Shown in pieces: positions 11,467 to 21,267 of a stretch of 40,758 nt of DNA. Position 1 is the first letter of the stretch. Each line of letters begins with the position of its first letter. This stretch comes from Octopus bimaculoides (Eukaryota): contig NC_068995.1 of assembly GCF_001194135.2 (NCBI RefSeq), positions 39,899,922 to 39,940,679 of the forward strand. The letters run 5' to 3'. The notes beneath the pieces were generated by a model. It saw nothing but the letters and a program-made list of their open reading frames with translations, had not been told where the DNA came from and did no database searches. The translations under genes were made by a program, and so were the position numbers.

Positions 11467-12314
11467 CGTGGTCTGATGAATAATTATCCGGACTGTTGCT
11501 ATAGTAACGAAGCTAAAGCACGCAGAAAGAAACCGCTCGACACAGATTGATCTTGAACGCTGCTGTGCATGAGCACTATGCTTCAACGCTCTAGCTCACT
11601 TTCGCTGTTTACAGAAGTGATTGGAAGGAAGGCGTGCAGCATGTGATCGCCGCATTGACCATGACAGTGAAAGTTGTCATGGTGACACCTCTTCAAAGCC
11701 TACGCAAAGTTGCAGAATATGTACAAAGAGAAGTGTATGAGCCGCACACAAGTGTACGAATGGTTTATACGTTTCCAAGATGGCCAGTAGAACTGAGAAA
11801 TATATCGCAAATGTGCGTGTAGCTGTGAGAGGAAATCGTCGAATCACTATCCGTGTGTTATCTGGGGATGTGAAGATTAGTTACGGTTCAGTCGAATCCA
11901 TTGTGACTGAAGATTTGGGTATGAGATGTGTGCCTGCCAAGTTTGTGCAAAACTGCTTTCAGCTGACCAAAGTGACACTCGAGTTGCAATTGCACAAGAT
12001 CTCCTTGATTGTGTCGAGAACGATAAAAATGTTTTGAAAACTTTGCGTAGGCCTCTGAGCAAGTATCGTCAAGACTTTGGCAGACTTTGATGCAGATTCT
12101 CTTCTCAACTTTCTCTGTCATGTTCAATGCAACGATCACACGCTACACACCTTCCTTCTAAGCACTGCTGTAAACAGCGGAAGTGAGCTAGAACGTTAAA
12201 CCTTAGTGCACATGCACAGCAGGGTTTAAGGTCAATTTGTGCCGAGCAGTTTCACTCTGCAAGCTTTAGCTCGTTACTTTGGCAACAGTCCGGATTCCTA
12301 TCGATCAGACCACG
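11467..12314. mobile_element. Mariner-derived element made of two inverted 5' ends (about 850 bp, TA-run flanked)
   Basis: cgtggtctgat..tccggactgttgc at the left end and its reverse complement at the right end. The left arm encodes decayed N-terminal transposase (AYAKLQNMYKEKCMSRTQVYEWFIRFQDG..RGNRRITIR..TEDLGMRCVPAKFV). The right arm on the minus strand encodes MTEKVEKRICIKVCQSLDDTCSEAYAK. Confidence 0.85.
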
Positions 12315-13138
12315 AATATATATNNNNNNNNNNNNNNNNNNNNNNNNNNNNNNNNNNNNNTATATATATGTAAAGAACTGTGCATGGTTAAATTATAGAT
12401 AAATTTACATATGCGTGTTGTGAATGTTGACCTTATAATCAAAACGCGGAGTTTTGTCTGCAGAAGGAACCGGGGGAAATTTGACTAGTTAACCCTATTA
12501 AGCGTTCACCCCTGTCTATTGTGCTGCGTGCTATTGTTTAACCACAATTTATTTACACAGCCTGACTAAATGTGTATTTATTAGACATGCGCATAGAAAG
12601 CTATTCAGAATTTAGAAATATATTTGTGTTTGTGTATGTGTGTACGTATATGTCTGTGTTAATATAACACATGTTAAAATTTACGTGCGCAAGCATTGAT
12701 ATGCTCACTAAAGAATTGTGCTACAGTGATAACAGTCCGTTGTATGTTTGTATGAATTGTTGTGCCTTTCAGTCAGAATATGGTGAAAGCATTGTTGTGA
12801 CTGCGAGGATTTGCAGTCAATCGTGACTGGAACAATATTTAATACTCAGAAACGAGAGCCGGGTCAGAATTAAGAAAATTAAAGATGTTTGAACTGATTC
12901 ACGTGTGAACTTTGACCTGTGTTTAATTCTTCACAGCATACAGGTCACGACTTTGAACAGATTTATGCGAAATGCTTTATAGTCTAATGCGATAATTAAT
13001 AACGATCGGGAAAATTGGAAATCGATAGATTACCATTCGAGTGCAACGAAAATATGTCTTATGCAAACTGATACTTAATATAATTCAACAACAAACAACA
13101 GTAGCAACAAACGAAAATCAATCAATAATACTTGGATT

Positions 13139-13139
<1 letters not shown>

Positions 13140-13223
<84 letters not shown>
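13140..13223. repeat. (AG)n microsatellite followed by a purine-rich low-complexity tract (to about 13480)
   Basis: Visible run. Confidence 0.95.
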
Positions 13224-13226
<3 letters not shown>

Positions 13227-13651
13227 GTTATGAAATGAAAGAAAGAAATTAATAAAGAGGCAAAGAAGAAGAAAAATTCCAAATTGGAAGAAAGGAAAAA
13301 ATAACAGGAAAATTGAAGAAAAGTAAGAAAAATGAAAGGGAGAAAAGACAACAAAAACACAAGTAAACAAAGGAAAAACATCGAAATAAAAAAAAATGTA
13401 ATTCAGAAAGAAAGAAAAAACGGAAGAAAGGAAACCGGGAAACAGCTAGAAGAAAAGAAAGGACGAAAGAATGAAAGGTAGAAGAAAATAGAACAGGAAG
13501 TATTTCTTGGCAGAATTCCTCGTTCGAGTAGAAATGAAGTATTTGGTTAAATATTTGAATCGTTGCTGGTGCACTACAAAGGATTTATCTCCTGTGAGTA
13601 ATGTTTGCATGGGATGAAGCATAGACAAATATATATTTGCGTAAATAAGGA

Positions 13652-13872
13652 TTTCAAAGTTTGATACAAGGTCAGCAATTTCTGGGTGGGGGCGGGGTGG
13701 GGTAAATCGATTACATCGATCCCAGTGATTAATTGATATTTACTTTATCGACCACAAAAAGATAAAAGGCAAAGCCGACCACGGCGAAACTTGAACTCGG
13801 GGTGTGAAGTTGGACGAAATGTCGTTAAGCATTTGGCCCAGAATGTTAACAACTATGCCAGCACGCCGTCTT
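13652..13872 (-). mobile_element. SINE family B
   Basis: Same motifs as the 10331 copy (caaggtcagcaattt..atcgattacatcgatcccagtg..tttatcgacc..aaaggcaaagccgacc..gttaagcattt..tgccagcacgccg). Confidence 0.8.
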
Positions 13873-13889
13873 AATGTTTGCATAATTAA

Positions 13890-14035
13890 TCCTTTCTCTT
13901 ATGGGCATAGGGCCTTAAATTTTAGGGGAGGCAGTTAAACGATTACATGTACTCCAGTGCTCAACTGGTACTTTTTTTATCGACCCCAAAAGAACGAAAG
14001 GTAAAGCTGACCTCGGCTGAATTTGAACTCAGAAC
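13890..14035 (-). mobile_element. SINE family B, 5'-truncated
   Basis: ccagtgctcaactggtact..tatcgacccc..gacctcggctgaatttgaactcagaacg. Confidence 0.75.
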
Positions 14036-14419
14036 GGGGGATTAGTTGATTAACTTGACTTCAGTTCATGACTGGTACTTTATTTTATCTGCCCTAGTGG
14101 ATGGCGAGTGAAGTAAAAATCTGCAGTATCTAAATTCAGAAATTATCTGGATCTTTAAAAATAAATAATACTGGTGAATCATTCTAAAACAAATGGCAAA
14201 CCAATGTAAATACAACTGACCGGATAGGCCGTTTGTGTGTGTGAGTGTGTGTGTGCATGTGTGTGTGCATGTGTGTGTGCATGTGTGTATGTGTGTGTGC
14301 GCATACATACGTACATGTATATTCCCTTCGCTATATTTAATGAAAGAAGATTCAGCGCCCATTGTTAGCTTTTCTGCGTATACTACCTCTGCCTGTTCTT
14401 TATTATACATCTATATAAA

Positions 14420-14563
14420 GCAGCGAGTTGAATAACGACTCTGCCAACTCGCTGCCGGGCAAAATGCTTAAGGGCATTTCGCTCGTCTGTACGTTCTGAG
14501 TTCAAGTTCCGTTGAGATCAACTTTGTCTTTCATCCCTTTCGGGGCGATAAAATAAGTACCAG
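14420..14563 (+). mobile_element. SINE family B, interrupted by gap (N 14564-14882)
   Basis: ccgggcaaaatgcttaag..tacgttctgagttcaagttcc..cggggcgataaaataagtaccag. Confidence 0.8.
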
Positions 14564-14882
14564 NNNNNNNNNNNNNNNNNNNNNNNNNNNNNNNNNNNNN
14601 NNNNNNNNNNNNNNNNNNNNNNNNNNNNNNNNNNNNNNNNNNNNNNNNNNNNNNNNNNNNNNNNNNNNNNNNNNNNNNNNNNNNNNNNNNNNNNNNNNNN
14701 NNNNNNNNNNNNNNNNNNNNNNNNNNNNNNNNNNNNNNNNNNNNNNNNNNNNNNNNNNNNNNNNNNNNNNNNNNNNNNNNNNNNNNNNNNNNNNNNNNNN
14801 NNNNNNNNNNNNNNNNNNNNNNNNNNNNNNNNNNNNNNNNNNNNNNNNNNNNNNNNNNNNNNNNNNNNNNNNNNNNNNNNNN

Positions 14883-14998
14883 CCTGCCGATGTCATCTTT
14901 GCTTTTCATTTCCACGGGGTCAATGAAATAAAGTAAGTCAAATACTGAGGTGGGTGTAATCAATCCTGTCCCCGCCTCCCTCCTTCAAAACTGCTGGC
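14883..14998 (+). mobile_element. SINE family B, 3' fragment
   Basis: ctttgcttttcatttccacggggtcaatgaaataaagta..tactgaggtgggtgtaatc..aaaactgctggc. Confidence 0.6.
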
Positions 14999-15198
14999 AT
15001 TCAATCCTACGACGGACAGATGTGTATGTATGGACATGCGCGCTTACGCGATTGCTATGAACATTTTTGCTCCTTTACCTTTTACTCCCTCCCCTTATTT
15101 AGCGGTCATTCTAATAGCGCTTTTGTCTTAATAACCGTCAGTCACATAGTAATTTCCCTTTGTTTAACGGTCATTTTCATAGCATTTTTTGATGGCCC

Positions 15199-15259
15199 GA
15201 TAACTGAAGAGATGCCGGTGCGGGTTTCTGCCTCGACATCCGATACTCGGAGTTTTATC
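15199..15259 (+). ncRNA. Degenerate type-I hammerhead ribozyme motif (different family from the 11.3 and 39.1 kb motifs)
   Basis: GAUAA-CUGAAGA-GAUG..CAUC-c-GAUA-CU cgg AG-UU/UUAUC. Perfect 5-bp helix I, 4-bp helix II base, ACU/AGU helix III and GUU triplet. Defects: GAAA reads GAUA, and there is one extra C before G12. Confidence 0.5.
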
Positions 15260-15394
15260 ATGGCTACCGAATGATTGTCACATATTGTATTTACTGATAA
15301 ATTCCTCTATTTACATAATATCGAGGTTCTTTTCTTTCTTTTGTTTTCTTACCTTTTCTATCAATATATATATATATATATGAAATTTTGAATT

Positions 15395-15464
15395 TAGCTC
15401 ACAGACCCCACTATTACCTTTGCGGACCACCAGCAGTCTGCGGACCCTAGGTTGGGAACCACTA
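15395..15464 (-). mobile_element. hAT (Charlie-like) MITE terminal fragment
   Basis: Reverse complement begins tagtggttcccaacctagggtccgc, resembling the CAGTGGTTCCCAA terminus of hAT-Charlie elements. No partner end was found. Confidence 0.4.
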
Positions 15465-15649
15465 CTCTATACAGTAGTGTATTGTCTACTTTTAAAACCA
15501 TGTTATACACCTAGCTGACTACAAGAGAGCTTAAAACGTTGGCTACAGTGACAGTTTAGCTGTATATGTAACAAACTTAAGTTTATTTTGTAATATATTG
15601 TTCAATTATAAATCCGAATGTAAAATAATATTCAATATTATGCTGAGAT

Positions 15650-15835
15650 AAGGTGGCAGCCTGGCAGAATCATTAGCACGCCAGGCAGAATGCTCAGCAG
15701 CATTTGGTCATTACGTTCTGAGTTCAAATTCCGCCGAGGTCGACATTGCATTTCATCCTTTCTGGGTTGATAACATAAGTGCTAGTTGAATTACTCACTG
15801 AAAGTGCTGGTTTTGTGCCAAAATGTGAACCAATA
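15650..15835 (+). mobile_element. SINE family B (first of a head-to-tail pair; 3' part shortened)
   Basis: aaggtggcagcctggcagaatcattagcacgcc..gagttcaaattccgccgaggtcgac..ttgtgccaaaat. Confidence 0.85.
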
Positions 15836-15847
15836 TTATTCTGAAAT

Positions 15848-16065
15848 AAGGCGGCGTGCTGGCAGAATCGTTAACGTGACGGGTAAAATGCTGCTAAGCA
15901 TTTTACCTGTCCTTATGTTGTGGGTTCAAATTCCGCCGAGGTCGACTTTGTATTTCATCTTTTCGGGGTTGATAAAATAAGCTCCAATTGGGCACTGGGG
16001 TCGACGTAATCGACTTACCCCTCCTTTAGAATTACTGGCCTTGTGCCAAAATTTGCAATCAATAT
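15848..16065 (+). mobile_element. SINE family B (second of the pair, full length)
   Basis: aaggcggcgtgctggcagaatcgttaac..gggttcaaattccgccgaggtcgac..ctggccttgtgccaaaatttg. Confidence 0.85.
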
Positions 16066-17099
16066 TGTTCTGAAAAGATGTTAACATTTCTTTTCAAATC
16101 TTTCATTTAAGATTTTCTTCCAATAATATTTTATGAATAAAAATATCTTTCTTCATTCCATTCTATGTTCAGTGACATCTCACAAATGCTATCTTTGCGT
16201 TCCTTCACTGAATCTCATTGGCTAGAGATAAATAAGTGTCATCTAGGAGTTCTTTATTCCTTACAAGAACGAGAGATTTTTCAAGTAGTAGTGATAGCAA
16301 ATATGATAGTAGCATTGACAATATCAACTCCTGATAGAAAACAAAAAATCATTAAAATGGATATTTATTATTTCAAACATTCATTTAACCCTTTTTTTTC
16401 CCTCCTTTTGCTGGCTTCGTTATATAGCAACTAAGAAAAGGAAAAAGAAAGAAAACATGGCGGCGGCTTCGTCATATAACGTGTAAAGAATAATAACAAG
16501 TTAGAAATGATGGAAACTGCCGAGCAACGTTTTCGAGTGAGAGAAAAATGAAAACTGATCTTCCGGTGTGTCTGTAGCTTGAGCATTGAAAGACGGCTAA
16601 CAAAAATTAAACTACATGCTCAAATGAACCTAACATGAACTCGTTATTCAATGATTAAAGACTTTCTAACAATAACCACCCTGTATTTTTTATTCAGAGA
16701 CGATCTCCACACACACACACATACATATATATGAATTTAAACATATATATATATATAAACATAATATACGTATATATATATATATATATATATATAATAC
16801 ATGTTTATATATATATGATCTATGTACTAGATATATAAACAGGGCAAATTTAATTATTTCTCGATTAGATTAAAAAGAAAATTGATGAACATTGTTAATC
16901 GATTTCCTCATCTTGTTAGGTATTCAAACCGAGGTGTTTATAAACTTAACAAACCCAGTAACCGCAGAGAATTGGTGCTACTAATTTGCATACCGTGTTG
17001 CACATTTTTACTTGATATCAGCGGCCTGTCAATGGGAATTTCAGTCCACACATTATCATGGAATGATGTAACATATTTAACCTATTGACTAGATATGTA

Positions 17100-17378
17100 A
17101 ATGGAGAAAAATACACACACTCACATGTATATATTTATACATATACATATACATATGCATATATACACACATGCACACACACATATATATACATATGCAT
17201 ATACACACACATATGCATATACACACACACACACATATATATATATATACATCTATATTTATACATATATATACATACATAAACACACTCATACTTAAGC
17301 ACACACACACTCACACACACACAAACACACACACACACAAACGCACACTCACACACACACACACACACACACACATAT
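17100..17378. repeat. Compound (CA)/(TA) microsatellite
   Basis: Visible. Confidence 0.9.
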
Positions 17379-17379
17379 A

Positions 17380-18078
17380 AGACATGAATGACTGCAACAT
17401 TGTCTCTCTATACAAGAACAAAGGAGACAGAAACGACTGTAATAATTCCCGAAGCATCTCGCTGTTGAGCATCGTTGGAAGGTCTTTGTGCGCGTGGTCC
17501 TAAACAGACTACAGAAAATCCCTGTGAGGGTATGCCCCGAATCTCGGTGGGGTTTCAGATCAGAACGTTCCCCCATCGACCTGATTTTCTCAACTCAACA
17601 GCTACAGAACAAGTGCCGAAAGCAAAGGCAACCACATTTCATCGCCTTCATCGACCTCACAAAGGCTTTCGATCTAATCAGTATAGACGACCTGTTCAAA
17701 ATCCTTGCCAAGACTGGCTGTCCTCCAAGACTCTTCAGGATTGTCCAGTCTTTTCACGCAGATATGAAAAACGTCGTTCAATTTGATGGTTCGTCTTCGG
17801 AGGCATTCAACATATGTAGCAACGTGAAGCAGGGCTATGTGCTTTCCACTACTCTGTTTGGCATCTTCTTCACAGTCATGCTGAAACACGAACTTGGGAC
17901 ATCAACTGATAGGGGTTTACCTCCACACCAGATCAGACAGTAAACTGTTTAGCCTGTCGAGGCTGAATGTAAAATCCATAGTGCGCCAGATACTCATCAG
18001 AGAAATGTTGTTCGCTGACAGCACAGCACTGACAGCGCACTCTGAGGATCAAATGCCATCGACTCGTGAACAAACTCA
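17380..18078 (+). mobile_element. RTE/BovB-type LINE reverse-transcriptase fragment (frameshifted)
   Basis: Across frameshifts: NIVSLYKNKGDRNDCNNSRSISLLSIVG..ESRWGFRSERSPIDLIF..FIAFIDLTKAFDLIS..GCPPRL..NVKQGYVLSTTLFGIFF..GVYLHTRSDSKLFSLSRL..IREMLFADSTAL. These are the classical RT motifs FxDLxKAFD, QGxxLSPxLF and (Y/F)ADD in RTE-type context. Confidence 0.95.
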
Positions 18079-18084
18079 ACACAA

Positions 18085-18300
18085 CACACACACACACACA
18101 CAGATACACACACACACACACACACACATACACACACACACACATACACGCACGCACATATACAGAAACAGATACACAAACACACAACACAAGCATGTTC
18201 TTTTGTTTGATGAGAGAGATAGATACAGAAAGACAGAAACAGAGAGAAACAGACAGACAGACAGTCAGACAGACAGACAGACAGTCAGACAGACAGAAAG
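18085..18300. repeat. (CA)n then (CAGA)n compound microsatellite
   Basis: Visible. Confidence 0.9.
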
Positions 18301-18459
18301 AGACAAAGTGGAGTAAAAGGATGTTTATTTTTAGTTTTATTTATTGCACTTTTTATGAAAAATCATTTTATGAAAGTGGTGCCGAGGTCGATAAAATAAA
18401 ATTTCAGTCAAGTATTGCTCTCTCCCATTTCCTACTTATGAGCTGGAATTCGTGTTGCA

Positions 18460-18600
18460 CACCTAACGGTTATGATGTTGCACTCACGATCACTAAATCG
18501 TGGTTTCGATTCCCAGACCGAACGGTGCGTCGTGTTCTACAAGCAAAACAACTAGCCTCACGTTGCTCCAGTGAATGTGAATGCGTAACCTTCATCTGGA
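18460..18600 (+). mobile_element. SINE family D, decayed 5' part
   Basis: gttgcactcacgatc..gtggtttcgattcccagaccgaacggtgcgtcgtgttctacaagcaa..cacgttgctccagt. Confidence 0.6.
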
Positions 18601-18807
18601 CTGACGTCCAGTTCAGATCTGGGACTTCTGATCTCGGTTACTTACACGTTAAAGCCCGAAAACCGTTCTTATGAATCCTAGGATACGTGACAGTAATATC
18701 CAAGGGACTTAACTTCGAATAGAATTAATTTGATTTTTTTTTCTTGCTATTTCATCTAAAATTTCGTTGTTTCATTCTTATTTATTCCTATTTATCATAC
18801 TTGCGGT

Positions 18808-19167
18808 AAAGATGGTATATTTTCACTATACGTAAGAATGGGTGGGAGGTGTATGCCTTGGTTTTTGTCGCCCACCACCGCTCAAGATGCGGTGTGGGTT
18901 TGTTCGCATTCCGTAACTTGGCGTTTCGGAAAAATTACCGATCGAATAAATATAAGTATTTGTATTTATTCGATCGGTAATTTTTCCGAATAAATATAAG
19001 TACTTGTATTTATTCGATCGGTAATTTTTCCGAAACGCCAAGTTACGGAATGCGAACAAACCCACACCGCATCTTGAGCGGTGGTGGGCGACAAAAACCA
19101 AGGCATACACCTCCCACCCATACACCTCCCCACACATTCTTACGTATAGTGAAAATATACCATCTTT
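18808..19167. repeat. Long near-perfect inverted repeat (arms 18808-18952 and 19007-19167) with a central 44-bp tandem duplication
   Basis: The arms are identical by eye except a 16-nt extra unit in the right arm. The 44-bp units are 18945-18988 and 18989-19032, with 1 mismatch. Confidence 0.95.
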
Positions 19168-19285
19168 TCTGAGGTTAAGTACTTAACCTCAGAAAAAAGT
19201 ACTGGGGTTGATTTGTTTGACTTAAAACCCTTCAAGGCGGTGCCCCAGAACGGCTGCAGTCCGATGACTGAAACAAGTAAAAAAA
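18855..19285 (+). mobile_element. Diverged SINE family A 3' half interrupted by the fold-back
   Basis: ccgtaacttggcgtttcggaaaaattaccgatcgaataa matches the family-A segment (gtaacttagcggttcggcaaaagtgatcgatagaataag in the 9625 copy). The SINE resumes at aagtactggggttgatttgtttgact..aaggcggtgcccc..gatgactgaaacaagtaaaa. Confidence 0.8.
19165..19196. repeat. Perfect 32-bp palindrome centred on AAGT|ACTT
   Basis: ttttctgaggttaagt-acttaacctcagaaaa. Confidence 0.95.
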
Positions 19286-20724
19286 GAAAGATATAAAATT
19301 TTGTCCAAGTTATATTTGTTCTCTCTATATTAACCTAATGTCTAAATGATGGCCTTTAAAAAATTATTTGCAGAAATGATACAGTTTAGCCATGCAACCA
19401 CAAGATATTCCACACACACAAAAAAAAAAAATCTGTGACATCTATATCTGTACAAAAGTGATGTCATGCAACAGTCAAGGAATTGCATGATCAAAGATTC
19501 ATATACATTTTAAACACGAAACATTAAAACAGACAGTATATTATGTATTTGACAGAAATACTATGTTTAAAACAAGTCTTCAGTCGTGAATATATCTGAA
19601 GTAGACTTCATGCGTAGACTTAAATATTTGCCTCTTTTTCTGAACTTTCGTCAGCAAAATACTAATCACAATCTCAAGCCGGAGAAAACGTGATGTTGAA
19701 CGAGAAAAAGGCTGCTAGAATCATGTTCCTACACTTCGATCAAAAATAACGAGTGTTTTTTTTATTTACGCAAACCTATACACATTTACACATTCACCCG
19801 CGCACGCCCACACACACACACATACACACACATTGCAGCCCCATCACATCTAATATTTGAGCGACCAATGGCTTGAAGCTAGTGAAAAACGAGAAAGTGG
19901 TGTTGAGCTGTTCGCTCTGCTTTTGACCGAATTTTGCATCCTATTAGAATTTGGTATTAAATTTTATTCGCTGTGAGTCATTGGTACGAAATTATAAAAA
20001 ATGTGTCAGCGGATTCTGAATAATAAATGACATGGAATAAATAAAATTAAGCAAAATATATCGAAACCAACGAAAGAAAATCGAAAACCAAGTCTTTATT
20101 ATTCTGCTATAACAGCACAATGTTCTCGGATGTCAGAAATTGCATATACGATGGATGGTGTGTGATGAATACGATATCACACATATAAGGTATGTATTTA
20201 TGCAATGGGCACACATCCAGCTAGAAGCCATCATTTTAATATGTAAGTCTTACTACAGCAGCAATTCAAAATATGACACGATATAGAGGCATTTATCAAA
20301 TGTCACCAAAAGTTTCAGCAATCAGCTGACAGTTGCTTCAAGTCATTTCAGCCAAGTTTCCTTCAGAAGTTGTCTCATTCACATTTGCTTCATTATTCAG
20401 TTCTACCGATTTTCCTTGTGGGTGGCGTTGAGACTAAGAACGAGGATAAAGGCGGGATTTAGCTAGAAATAAACTGTTTATTATCAAAGTTGTCAGGCGA
20501 TCGTTATATAGTTTCCAGGCAATTATTATTATAATTTAAATGATCTGAAATGTTTTGTGATGCCATTTTTTTTTTCCTTCAGTGATATTTTGATTATCTT
20601 TCTCTATTAAAATAGCTTTTTTTCTTGTTCTGCATAAATAAAGATTTCTAAAGCATCAAGTCAAAAATAGTGTATAAGAACAGTGAGTGTATACACACAC
20701 ACATAAATACATATGTACATACGT

Positions 20725-20757
<33 letters not shown>

Positions 20758-20847
20758 TACATGTATATATACACATGTTTATACATACATTATACACACG
20801 CGCGCGCACACACTTATACACACAAACACACACATTGTATTAGTTAT

Positions 20848-21185
20848 AGAACTGCGACTATGCAGAGGCACCACCTTGAGGGATTATAGTAGAAAAATTG
20901 ACTCCAGTTATTATTTTGACGTCTAGTACTTATTCTACTGGTTCTCTTTGTCGAACTGCTAGAGTACGGGGACGTAAACAAACCAGCACCGGTCGTCAAG
21001 CAGAAGACGAACACAAGCACAACAACATGCGCACACACATTTATCTGTAACGGCCTTCTTTCAGTTTCCATCTACCAAAGCCACTGACAAGGCTTTGGTC
21101 GACCCGAGGCTATAGGAGAAGACACTTGCCCAAGGTGCCACACAGTGGCACTGAACTGAGAGCCACATAAGAAGCAAATCTCTTG
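20848..21185 (-). mobile_element. SINE family A, near full length
   Basis: ctagtacttattcta..ggggacgtaaac..ttctttcagtttccatctacc..acaaggctttggtcgacccgaggctata..gacacttgcccaaggtgccacacagtgg. Confidence 0.85.
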
Positions 21186-21200
21186 TCACATATACATATA

Positions 21201-21267
<67 letters not shown>

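Noticed and set aside
12486-12505. TTAA-CCCT piggyBac-like terminus
   Set aside because: No matching AGGG-TTAA end was found nearby.
16446-16470. Perfect Kozak GCCGCCGCCATG on the minus strand
   Set aside because: The frame closes after 12 codons (MFSFFFLFLVAI*). The same bases are better read as a YY1-type motif.
18945-19032. Direct repeats that might suggest a CRISPR array (also 15633-16075)
   Set aside because: Only two adjacent units without spacers, or SINE-length intervals. The context is eukaryotic and there are no cas genes.
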